A DNA stretch of 64,000 bases from Camelus ferus. Lineage: Eukaryota. Shown in pieces: positions 12,401 through 23,229 of this stretch. The DNA lies in contig NC_045697.1 of NCBI RefSeq assembly GCF_009834535.1, positions 23,624,001 through 23,688,000 on the forward strand. The letters run 5' to 3'. The position numbers were made by a program, and so were the translations under genes. Each line of letters opens with the position of its first letter. The first letter of the stretch is position 1. The notes below the pieces were generated by a model. The model was given only the letters and a program-made list of their open reading frames with translations, did no database searches and was not told where the DNA came from.

Positions 12401-14869
12401 TGCTTATTTAATAATTTCACATATGGATCATATTTATGTAAAAGTTTAAGCCTAAGCACAAATGAAGCAATCAAAAATGTACATTGAGTAGCTGAGCCAC
12501 ATATTTTATTTATTTATTTATTCAATCCTTTATTATCTTTGTAGGCAGAGATTCCTTCTTCTGACAGCCAAAATGTAAAAATAACATCTGTCAGAAAAGG
12601 TAGTAGAGGAGCCTATGAGAAACTATGGAAAGAAGGAGGTCAGTGAAAGTAAATCAAGGGAGATGAGGTGAGACTGAGTCATGATGTTGATGGGGCAGGA
12701 TGAAAACATGGAGGAAATGCTTTGGGACATGACCAGGGCAGCAAGGGCATCAGATTGCTGCCATTTTGTCAATCTGCACTTTTCTCTCTGTCCTTTGCTG
12801 TGCCTGAAACATCCTTATTTTTGACAATTGACTTCTCAGTTATTCTCCTTTTTTAAGTATCAATACAAAAATTTTTTAGTACATGCTTTACCATCTTTTT
12901 GGCTTCTAACACCCGCCTTGAATGTATCCAGCCCTATATTAGACCATTGTTTTCACACAAGTTGTGTGTATTGTGCAAGTACTACTTCTGTGTCTATACA
13001 TCTTTTCCTTAACTTAGTAACTAACAAGTAAACAGATCTCACACGTGGTCCTTCTGTGTCATAAATAATATGGTGCACAAACAAAATGGCAATTCATATA
13101 CAACTTTAAAGATTAATCCTCATTTAGGTGCATGTATAGAGCATTAAATTATGAATAGTTATGGTTATGGAAAATTATTTCAATTAGGGCATTTTTAATA
13201 GTATTCTTTAAATAAGTGAAAATTAAAAAAAATAAAAAATCAAGGTCTGGTTGCATATACAAAGATGATACTTATTAAGAAATATTATCAAATTATATAT
13301 TATGACAGTATTTGATTTATATTCTACTGTTGTAAAGATCTCTCTCAATCCTCTGTTGACTTTATTAATTGCTTCTCTGAAATATAAGCAGGGGTTTAAT
13401 AGGTTATTATACTGCAAGGTCTTTTTCAAAGTGATTTTGTACTTGTTCATCTCAATTCATCTTGAATTTGTGTTTATCATTTTGGAGTTTAATGTGTATC
13501 TCTCTCTGATTAGATTGGAATGTGTTTGGTGTTTTAACTGTTCTAGATGATAATTGGCCTTAGCACGACAGGATCTAAAAATAAAACCAGAAAATCAAAT
13601 AAATCTCTAGCTCATTATTGTAAGAAAAAAAAAAAGCTCTATTTTTAAAAAGGAGACGCAACTCAAAACTCCATCGTTCTTTGTGTTCTATCCTTGTATG
13701 AACCACAATTTCAATACTATTTAACGGTATGTTGCCACTAAAGATATTCACAATACATGGTTTTCCCTAAATTCTTTCTGTTTAGGGACAGTTCCAATGT
13801 TTTTGTATTCCACTTTGTTGGATTTACCACTTTCCTCTCTGGTTTCTCATTTGGCAGTCAGTCTAATATTTTTCATAAGACTGACTATATTTTGTATCAC
13901 AGGAAACTACTGGGTCCTGAATGCTCAAAGATGCATGAAAGTTGTTCATTTTCTTCAAGTTTCTGATGGTCCAATGTCAGATATGTAATCAATGATTATA
14001 ATAATGTCATGAAAATTGTGGCTGAGGCTTGTAATAGCTTGCATAATAGGCTTGTGGCATAAAGCTTGTCTGGGGAAGTCCTCCGAGTTATAAGTTCTAG
14101 CATAACTCAGCAAGACTCACTCCCTAGAAAATATATTTCATTAGGACCTTAAATTTTTCCTTTGCTTTTTTCTTTTTTTTCCCCTAGTAGTGCAATCCAT
14201 TTTCATTTATTAATTTAAAATTCATGGCCTTAAATATTCGTTATTTGCCCTTCACAAAAATGAATCATGATGTCCTTCTTGTCCTTTCATGTTTAAGTTG
14301 TAAGAGAATTCACAGAGGGGAAGGTAAAAAAGAAAGATGGATTAATGGTGGGGAACGTCAGGCAACAGAGTGGCAGGAATATCCCAGATCCACTCAGAAC
14401 ATACTCACAGAAGTAGCAACCTCAAATCTCAGCTTTCTGAGCCAATTTCTCTATTGTCTCACTTTGAGCTGAGGTTTCAAGGATAGACAGGACCTAGAGT
14501 ACACTTAAGATTCTCCACTCCTGAGGTTTATGGTGAAATTCTAGTTAACTCAGGTTTGGGAAAATATTTATGTCTAATTTTCATAAATGAAGAAGCTGAC
14601 CTATAATTTTAAATCTGAGCATACATGCTTGTAGGAATGTATAGCAGCCTGGCAAAAAGTCAGTTAGGCCAATGTATATCTAGCTTTTGCCATACAATGT
14701 ACAGCTCTTAATTCAGTAAAACAGTATTTACTGCATGTTTCTATATGAGCCAGTTACTCTACCACATAACTAAAACAAAATCTCTCTGAAACAAGATTAG
14801 ACTTCTGTATGAAAGAAAAATGTGGTAGATTTTATTAATAGCTTTCTTTAAATTCTTTCTGTTATCTAT

Positions 14870-15207
14870 ACATTCATACACGAATTCTCCTTTGACTGGG
14901 TTTGGTTGTGTGGTGTGTTTTGGTCAATGTGGGGTTAGCACATGTGACAAAAGCAGAAGCTTGAGGTGTCCTCATGTGCTGCACTAAGGAGAAGTCCACA
15001 CTTTGTCCAAGAAAACTGAAAGACATATGAAGTATATCTAGACATAAACTGTAGCTTGGGTCCAAGTTTAAGCTAACCCGAGATTGTCTGACTCCTAGTC
15101 CAGTCCATCTTCAGACCTATAAATGAGAATGACAATTGTCCCTTCAGGTTGTTGAGTTTGGCTGTGATTTTCTATTGGCATTGCTATTGTAATAATTGAC
15201 TGATGCA
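14870..15207 (+). mobile_element. Old MaLR LTR (MLT1I/J-like)
   Basis: TTTGGTCAATGTGGGGTTAGCACATGTGACAAAAGCAGAAGCTTG; ends GTAATAATTGACTGATGCA. Confidence 0.65.
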
Positions 15208-15564
15208 ATAAAGAAATGTTAAACTCTGAGTTACTAAGTGTTGTGACAAATATGCACAGTCTGGAGCAAAAAGAGAGATTTCCAACTCTTTTTGATAATG
15301 TTACAGGCTTGAGAACAGAGACAGCCTCTTAGGTATTCTTTAAAGAGGAAACTACTCTGCAGACAAAGTATGCAGATGAGGAGCATTTTGAACAGAAACA
15401 ATAGCTTGCAAAAATTATAAGAAGTGTGAAATTGCATACAAAACTCAGAGGATATTAATATTTCTGTATGTCTAGAGTAGACTATGCAAAGTAAAGTAAT
15501 ATGATTAAACAAAACTATAATTAGTTAAATTCATATTATTTACTAAAGTCTTAATACTTCACAA

Positions 15565-15750
15565 AGATTCACTTATTCACTTATCAAATATGCATTGAAT
15601 GTCTATTCCATGCTAAACACATTTTTTTAGAAACTGGGGATACAGTAGTGAATCAAGTCAGTAGAAAGGTAGTAAACTTAAAAAACAAGACAAATTAGAA
15701 AAATCAATAAATAAGCTAGGGATAAAGCTAATAAAAATGACTAAAACATT
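15565..15750 (-). mobile_element. L2 3' end
   Basis: ATTCACTTATTCACTTATCAAATATGCATTGAATGTCTA...CTGGGGATACAGTAGTGAA. Confidence 0.75.
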
Positions 15751-16320
15751 GTGTTTAATCACATACTCTTGCAGAAAATAATAATCCAAAAAACATAGTA
15801 CTTTAAAAAAATCTATGTTATCATCTCATGCTTCTGCTGTATGACGGGGCTTCAACTGCACAGTTCTCATGCGGACGTTACCAGCTGAAGTGGTAGTCAT
15901 CTGGGAGATTCGTTAGGCTGGGACAGTGCAAGATGGCTCACTCATAACACTGTTGCCTTGATAAAGACAGCTTAAAGACTGAGATTAGCTGGCCCACCAG
16001 GGCCACTGGGCCTCTCACCCTTTCCATGTCGTCTCAGGGTCTTCCTACTCTACATAGTCCCTGTACATGATCTATCCATGAGGTCTCTCTAGCAAGGAAA
16101 GCAGATTTCTTATGTGTGGCTCAGGCCTCCAGAAGTTCAAAAACAAAAGCTGGCAGGTCTTCTTAAGGTGTAGCCCCAAAACCGGTACAGTGTTACTTTT
16201 GCCACAATTCATTGCTTAAAGTGAGTCCCAGGACCAAGCCAGATTCAATGACAGGGGATAACACAGGGCTTAAGTATTGCAAAGTGTGGTTCCCTGGAGA
16301 TTACCTTTGGCGGGGAGACA
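15751..16320 (-). mobile_element. MaLR LTR (MLT1G/H-like) inserted into L2
   Basis: CAAGATGGCTCACTCA, GGCTCAGGCCTCCAGAAG, CAGTGTTACTTTTGCCACAATTCATTG, CCAGATTCAA motifs of antisense MLT1. Confidence 0.75.
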
Positions 16321-16324
16321 TCTC

Positions 16325-17015
16325 ACACGGAGTGATCAGAGAGTCCCCCTCTAAGGATAGCACACCTGACCTGGGAGTCGAGTGAAGTTAGAAAGAGCCA
16401 GTTATGCAGCAGTGCACGCAGGAGGGAGAGCACTCAGCCAGAGGAAACGCAGGGTTACTAGATGAAAATCTGGTGCATCTGAAGAAATGACAGAAGTTGG
16501 AAGACCAGTGTGGCTTGTGGCAAAGCGAAGGAGGAGACAGCGATATAAAAGGAGTTTGGAGAGGAAGTCAGGACTAAAATCATAAAGGGCTTTTCAGGCC
16601 TTGGTTAAAGTTGGGAAAAGTTCTAGAAAAAACGGAAAGTTAATAAAAAGTTTGGCTTTGGTTTAATTTCTTAAGTAGAGAAGTTGTATGATTTAAATAT
16701 TATTCTTAAAAAGAAGATGAATTTACCTCTTGTGAAAGAATAAGAATTCTAACAAGAAAAAGAAGGGAAACAGGGAAATAAATTAGGAGGTAACTGCCAT
16801 AATCCAGACAGAATGTGTTAGTGGCTTGACCTTGGGGGATCAGTAGGGATAAAGAGAACTAGAGATATCAAAAAAATATACTTTGGGGGTAAAGCCAACA
16901 ATACTTGATAATGGATTGACACTGGAGAAGGAGGTTAGAAAAAGATCAAGGCACACAACTGGGTCTTTGGCTGGGTGAATAATGTGTGCTATTAAATGGT
17001 ACTGATAACCCTGGG
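16325..17015 (-). mobile_element. L2 continuation
   Basis: Purine-rich antisense L2 motifs: GAAGACCAGTGTGGCT, AAATTAGGAGGTAACTGCCATAATCCAGAC, GTGGCTTGACC, GGTAAAGCCAACAATACTTGATAATGGATTG. Confidence 0.8.
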
Positions 17016-17019
17016 GAAG

Positions 17020-17430
17020 TGTATTTGACATTTGGCATCCTAGCATTTTACCCTTTCCTATGGATGGAGAGAATCCTGCCTTGAAAGTCTTGTCCTTCAC
17101 TGGAAGCAGACTATGCCCAATATTTACTTTTCTGACATCTGCCACAGTATAGGCATATGCCCTGAGAAGGCTTAAATAACGTGCCTCCGATTTATATCTA
17201 GTGATTTGAAGACACTATGCAGCATAAATCCTCAGGAGCATGTTCAAAGCATCAGGAGCCATATCAAGTGATGGAGGTGCAATTACTGTAGCAGAAGTAG
17301 GCATTGTTTGACTTCAGGATAATTGACTCTGTAAATGGCATGGTCTGTCTCTAGCAGTGACAATACAGACATTTTCTAGACCATTCTGTGACACGATTTT
17401 GGACATGATAGCTGCTTGAGCTCTAGACCA
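17020..17430 (+). mobile_element. LTR33-like ERVL LTR (putative 5' LTR)
   Basis: TTGGCATCCTAGCATTTTACCCTTTCCTATG...GAATCCTGCCTTGAAAGTCTTG...GGCATATGCC resembles LTR33-family consensus as recalled; shares motifs with 19550-19890. Confidence 0.55.
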
Positions 17431-17449
17431 TGTGCTGTAGAATTTCCAC

Positions 17450-19510
17450 AGAGGGATGAGAGGCATTTTGTTAAAACTCACTCACACAAATGATGGAAAA
17501 TCAATCCCATGAACATGCCAGGCTCTTCAGTAAAGTTTCTGAGAGCACAGTGATCTTGGTACAACATTATCATATAAACTGCCAGGAGAAGCACAACTTG
17601 CTGCCCTTTGTTCTATCTACCACTAAGAATGAGGCACAATGCGTCTTTGGGTTTAAAAAGGAATCTGTATCATAAAGCATGTTGTTTCAACCCATTTTCC
17701 AGGTGAACAAAAGCCTTTGAATTTTGAGAGGGGCAAAGAGTGAAAAGAAGATTCATACCTACTTTAGTGCAAACAGATCTACCACTTAGCCTTTAAAACC
17801 CAGACAGTACAATTATCTGCAGCATCTGAATGCTTGTGAAGACTGTATCAAGTCCCATTTGGATAACATGAGAATTCTCTGAGATTTTTCTCTTCTTTCG
17901 GTTCTTGCTAATGGAATATGCAGATGGCAGATGATGAAACCTGATCTCAACACGTAAGATATGTGCTATCCATCCTAAACTGAATGCTAATCTGATGCAC
18001 AAACTCATAAAGTTTACCATCCTTTACCTATTAAGTGGGAGTTTATATATGAGACAGCCCCAAGCAGTTATTGAAGACACAGGTGAGTAGCCTGAGCAGA
18101 TGGCTCGTAATCTCTGTTGTCTATTTCTCCCGTTCTGCCAACTTTCTTATATCCTACAGTGTCTCACAGAATTCCCTGGGACTAGTTGACCAAGATAGAA
18201 AAAAAAAAACCTCACAGATGCTACTCTATGATATGCTTTCACCCAAGTAAGGTAGAATTCTATTTTGATATTTTATCCTGAGTGGAGAGAATAAATGTCC
18301 CCAGTGAGCCGAACTTAAGGTAGTACATCAAGATATACTCTCTGCTTAGAAAGCTAGACAGCTTGAGGTGAGGAAACACATAGCTACTTGAACGATGGCT
18401 AATATATGGCTAGAGAGTCAGAGACATGAAAGGAGCAGTTTTAGGAAATTAATAGTAAAGAAGTTAGAGGAAGGGCTATGTTATTGGTTGAAATTTATTC
18501 CCCCAAAAGATGCTGAAGTAATACATGAGGTACCTGTGACCATGATTGTCTTTGGAAATAAAATCTTTGCAAATGATCATGTAAAGATGAGGTCATTAGG
18601 GTGGGACCTAATCCAATATGACTGGTGTCTTTATAAAAGGAGGACATTTGGACACAGATTCAGACACACATGCAGGGAGAAGGCAGAGAATGGAGTGACG
18701 CATCTACAACCCATGGGACTCCAAAGGATGTCAACAAATCAACAGAAGCTGGGAAGAGAGACGAGGAACAGATCCTCCCTCACACTCTTAGGAGAAACAA
18801 CCTGGCTAATACCTTGATCTCAAACTTCAAGTCTCCAGAAATGTAAAATAGTAATTTTCTATTGTTGAAACCATCTAGTTTATGGTACTTTGTTACAACA
18901 GCCCTCAGAAACCAACACTGTCTATATGGATGTACCTCCAAAGGAGTAGTCCTCAGTGTGAGCATATTCATGCCATGTAAAAGCTCAAGAGATAGACACT
19001 GTGGAGGAAGTCACAATTGATCATGAGGACAACCTGATTTTCCCTGTGGGTATATACTTTTAAAATTTCAGCTCCAATATTTAATCAACGGAGTCAAGAA
19101 AAATGTGGTCACGTGGTACATGAACTGTCCTCCCATAAAGCTGACTTGGCATCTGCTAAATGTACTGTATGACAGCAAAGATCAATACAGAGCTCTCACA
19201 GTGGCACCATAATCCAGAGACACAGGCCTGTCACTTGATGGTAGGTTTATTACATTTGAACCCCCTTCTGCCATGGATGAGGGAAACATTTTATTTTTAT
19301 TTAACTACTTATTCTGGCAAAATATTCAGTTTATTTGCCAGTCATATTTTTGTGGCACTACCTCTGTGGACTTGCTGAATGCTATATTAATCATCATAAA
19401 ACTCTACACGACACTGTAGTGTTAGAGATAAGATTAATGGCTGAGGCCCACAGAATTCTCTGGTCTTCTCATGTGCCATGTTACCAGCAGCCGCAGATGT
19501 AGAATATCTT
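17450..19510 (+). mobile_element. Decayed ERV-L internal pol remnant (end of RT, RNase H, integrase N-terminus), interrupted by MLT1C
   Basis: ORF 17490-17675 contains NLLPFVLSTTKNEAQCVFGF, similar to ERV-L Pol LLHLAPPTTKKEAQRLVGLFGF; ~19130-19290 resembles integrase LTKADLATA...WWQVDYIGPLPSW (TGATGGTAGGTTTATTACATTTGAACCCCCTTCTGCCATGG); heavily frameshifted. Confidence 0.8.
18479..18919 (+). mobile_element. MLT1C-like MaLR solo LTR
   Basis: TGTTATTGGTTGAAATTTATTCCCCCAAAAG...AAGATGAGGTCATTAGGGTGGGACCTAATCCAATATGACTGGTGTC...TGGTACTTTGTTACAACAGCCCT; TSD GGCTA/GTCTA. Confidence 0.92.
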
Positions 19511-19549
19511 ACTGCAAACTCAGTGTTAGGGTCAGCTAGGAATCAACTT

Positions 19550-19890
19550 GCTTTGATGGACTGAACAGCCTCTTATCCCTCTGTTAATGTTTGGAGAATC
19601 CTCCCCTTTGAAGAAATCAAGCTTATTTTCACCTACAGATGTTTCTTGCCCTTCCAAAAGCCCTTGCAGCCAGATCAGTGGCATATGCCTTGGAATTACA
19701 AATGAGACACATTCACGGTTGGCTGGGTGTCAGAATCTACTGATTCAAATAAACAAAATGACATAAAATCTATTACAACAAAGAAAGGGCAATCAGGAGT
19801 AGTTTCTAAAGTGTGTATTGGGCATATCTTTGGTACAAACCCTGGGGCTCTGCAGTTCCTCTAGAAGCATAGCTCTCCTCTGTTAATGAT
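19550..19890 (+). mobile_element. LTR33-like ERVL LTR (putative 3' LTR)
   Basis: ATGTTTGGAGAATCCTCCCC...CCCTTGCAGCCAG...GGCATATGCC, co-linear with 17020-17430. Confidence 0.5.
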
Positions 19891-20197
19891 GCCTAGAATG
19901 GAAGCCTAGATTTACTAATGTTATGCATCCTTTGTCAATTGTCTTCCATCTTATAAGATCTTTCAAAATTAGGAGATATTTTCAGAGGTAACAATATGCT
20001 CCCTATTGCAAAAGTTAACCTTCACTCATCCTTGCTTATCATGACTACCACCATCAAAGAAAATAGACTATTTGATGTTATAAATATTAGTTTATCAACA
20101 ACCAACCAAATGATTCTGAATCTGATGTTAATTAGTGGCATTGATTAAGAATTTTGAAAATAGTCTAAATCCATAAACCAATTTTGACAAGAGAAGC

Positions 20198-20450
20198 AAC
20201 AGTTTAATATCTAACAGAATGGCTTCTAAAGCCAAAACACCTGGGTTCAAATCCTAGTTACACCTCTTAATTATTTTATTACCTTTGCCAAGTTTCTTGT
20301 GCCTCAATGCTTCCATCTCTAAAATGGGGATAAGAATTACACCGACATTATGGGAGTGTTAATAAGATTAAACATTAAAATACCAGTAACTTTTCCAAGA
20401 AATGTCTAGTTCATAATAAGCAATGTATATTATCTATTTACATTACTAAT
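20198..20450 (+). mobile_element. MIR SINE, near full length
   Basis: CCTGGGTTCAAATCCTAG B-box, core GCCTCAATGCTTCCATCTCTAAAATGGGGATAA. Confidence 0.85.
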
Positions 20451-21469
20451 TAATTTAAATAAATGCATTAAAGCATCTCTAAGGGAGGAAAATAATGTTA
20501 TTAAAATTTTATTGTAAGTCCTGAAAAGTCAACTATTCCTGCTGAAACATTTTTATTAGCATAACTCTAATCACTTAATTTGACTCAGGAAGAGGACACA
20601 TACACTACCTTTTACTCTATAGTGTAGGAAATGCTGATGTGAGCAAAGCTGTCCCAACCATAGCTAGGGTTAACTCTCTTACTCTACTGCCAATAAAAAA
20701 GACAAACAGAAAAATCCCATCTGTCCATATGACAAGTCCAAAATCAGACACCTGCGTGGCAAATGTGCGTAGCAATGAGTATCACAGATGCTCTATATTT
20801 AGTACAAACCATATGCTCGATGATTTACTTAAATTGAATTGGGAGGATGATCCACTATAGAAAAAGTCCACAGAGCAATTAAGGAACAACATGTTTTGCT
20901 GCTCTCATCTCATCTTCCCTCTTTTAGTCCCAGATGTTACGAGCACTACAGAGACATTAGTCAGTTTGCTAATTTGTCAGATTGTTAAGGGTTTATGAAG
21001 ATTTTGACCCATTTTGCTACATTCGTTTTGGCAGCAAGATTAATTTAATTATAACTGTCTTTGGGAGAAAAGGAACACAGTAGGATATCAGATGTTACAT
21101 TTGAATGGCTGGGTACTTCCACCAGACACTGCAAGCATTTGTGTGTTCCCAATCTTCACGTGTGCGACTGTCTGGAGAACCGAAGAAATAAAGGCAGCCG
21201 ATAGTTATGTACATTTCCTAAATGACATTACCTGCTTCCTCAACCCTTACATCTCTAAAGGGAGGCCCATAAATTTCCCAGACTTCCAGTAGATCTAGTA
21301 TTTTATTAAAGCACTTTTCATCTGTGTATTGTATTCCTATGTTCTAAAAGTTGTGACTTAATATTTAGAAAATTAAAAAATAATGATTGAAATTCTAGCC
21401 CAGGCCATTGGTAGAATTCTTCCAACAAAATGTGGTTCCCTTTTTCACACTGATTTGAAAGGAAAACCC

Positions 21470-21660
21470 ACGGTGTAGGTTTCACCCTACGTTAGCCCAC
21501 TGCAAAATATGTTGATACAGTGACGTTGTTTAGATATAGACTCCTTGAGCCAAGATCTCCTCATCTAATAATTGGGATACTCTACAACCACAATAGTTGA
21601 AAGGATTATTGTACAGATTTAAAAAGAATAACATGTATAAAATAATATGACAGTGAGCAA
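21470..21660 (+). mobile_element. MIR fragment
   Basis: CTCCTCATCTAATAATTGGGATA...GGATTATTGTACAGATTTAAAAAGAATAACATGTATAAA. Confidence 0.55.
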
Positions 21661-21704
21661 TACTGTATTGAGATTACTTTTTTTTTCATATTTCTTCACA
21701 TCAT

Positions 21705-21822
21705 TTCTCCAGCTAGACTACAGTTTCTAAAAAGATAGAGAATATGCTATAGATACTAATATGGTATTAATACAGACCTGGGACCTAGTAAGCACTCATC
21801 AAATACATCTTGAATTGAACTG
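21705..21822 (+). mobile_element. L2 3' end fragment
   Basis: CTAGACTACAGTTTC...CCTGGGACCTAGTAAGCACTCATCAAATACATCTTGAATTGAA. Confidence 0.6.
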
Positions 21823-21960
21823 ACTTCTACTGACTTAAATACTCTATGTAAATGAGAGCCACCAGGTACAAAATACAAAACTCAAAAAGAAAATACCGGT
21901 CAAATAACTCACATAATAATAATCAAATAATTTGAGGAAAATTATAAGAATATACTAGGC

Positions 21961-22149
21961 CAGTGGTTCTCAAAATGTGTTCTCCAGACCAGCAACAGCA
22001 GGATCACCTGGGAACTTGTTAGAAATCCTGCAAATCCTCAACCCTACCTCTGACCTAGTGACTCAGAAACCCCGAGGGTAGAGCCACACAATCTGTTTTA
22101 ACAAGCTCTCCAGCTGATCCTGCTGCATGGCGAAGTGTGAGACGTACTA
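21961..22149 (+). mobile_element. MER5A (hAT-Charlie MITE)
   Basis: CAGTGGTTCTCAAAATGTG...ATCACCTGGGAACTTGTTAGAAAT...TTTTAACAAGCTCTCCAG...GTGTGAGACGTACTA. Confidence 0.92.
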
Positions 22150-22343
22150 ATCTAAACAATAATGGTAGGTTGGAAATCCTTGTTTTTGTGATTGTATAGA
22201 ATCTCCTTCGGGAGTGTGGGGGTATGAGGACATCATTATTTCATAAGAACAATCTAATCACTATACTTTAGTGAAGGAACTGCACTGAAATCCATGTGGG
22301 GAAAAAAAAAATCCAAAAGAGAGTCTTAACTCCCTAGTGCAGG

Positions 22344-22511
22344 CAGCACTTCTCCAACAGAACTTTCTGCAATGATGGAAGTACTCTATATCTGTGCCAT
22401 CGAACTGAAATGTACCTAATGTGACTGAGAAACTGATTTTTAATGTTATTCTTTTTTAATAATTTCAATTTAAACACGTGTGGCTATTGGCTACCATATT
22501 AGACAGCACAG
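22344..22511. mobile_element. MER3 (hAT-Charlie MITE), internally shortened
   Basis: TCCAACAGAACTTTCTGCAATGATGGAA...GTGACTGAGAAACTGATTTT...CACGTGTGGCTATTGGCTACCATATTAGACAGCACAG. Confidence 0.88.
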
Positions 22512-22609
22512 ATGTAGTGGATCTTTCTTTAATGAAGGCCGTTAATGCATGAAGATCTTTGGATAAAATGGGATTTTTTTTTTTAAATGGAATGAAGTAC
22601 AATGAGAGT

Positions 22610-22930
22610 GGTTAAATTCTAAAGAAAGTGACATTTGGGTTGGGCCTTGGTGAATGGGATAGAATATCAAAAGATGAAAATTGGAGAGATTAAATGCAGA
22701 GACCATGACATACTAGAAAAATGCAGTGGAACACAAGTTGCAGAAATTGCCCAAATTGGTTTGTGTACAAAATATATGTTGTGAAATTGTGGAAAATAAG
22801 GATGAAAACTTCGCTGCATCCAGAATATGAGAGGCTAAAAAGTTTGGGGTTTATTCCCTATTCTTTAAAAAGTCCTGAATGTTTCAGGCAAAGTAATAAT
22901 GGAATTGGGAAGATGTTTAATTGCATAGAA
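22610..22930 (-). mobile_element. L2 fragment
   Basis: GAAAGTGACATTTGGGTTGGGCCTTG...GGCTAAAAAGTTTGGGGTTTATTCC. Confidence 0.55.
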
Positions 22931-23129
22931 TGCATTAAGTGACAGAAGAAAACAAGAAACAAGGCAGAAGACCCAGTGAAGTGTATCTTGGGGGCAATAA
23001 AATTACTTCTTTAGCCATGTTTCAGTTTAACTAAACTACTGAATACCTATTATAAATCCAGCATATGATAATACACTAATTATCAATGTTTATGAAATTG
23101 TCTATTTGGCGAATTTTTAGATCTCCTGT

Positions 23130-23229
23130 TAGACAATCTAAATTAGAATCTCCAAGTGTAGGGCCCAGGAATTTGCAAAATATTCAGCAAATTCAGTGGC
23201 TATTTTTAGAGCACATTTTAGAACTACTG
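23130..23229. mobile_element. MER5-family fragment
   Basis: AATTAGAATCTCCAAGTGTAGGGCCCAGGAATTTGC...TTTAGAACTACTG. Confidence 0.65.

Noticed and set aside
13880..13990. Candidate exon after CTGAC...TATCACAG
   Set aside because: Weak donor (TAT|GTAATC) and an unrecognisable peptide.
18395..18817. 140-aa ORF
   Set aside because: Chance read-through from ERV-L remnant into the non-coding MLT1C LTR.
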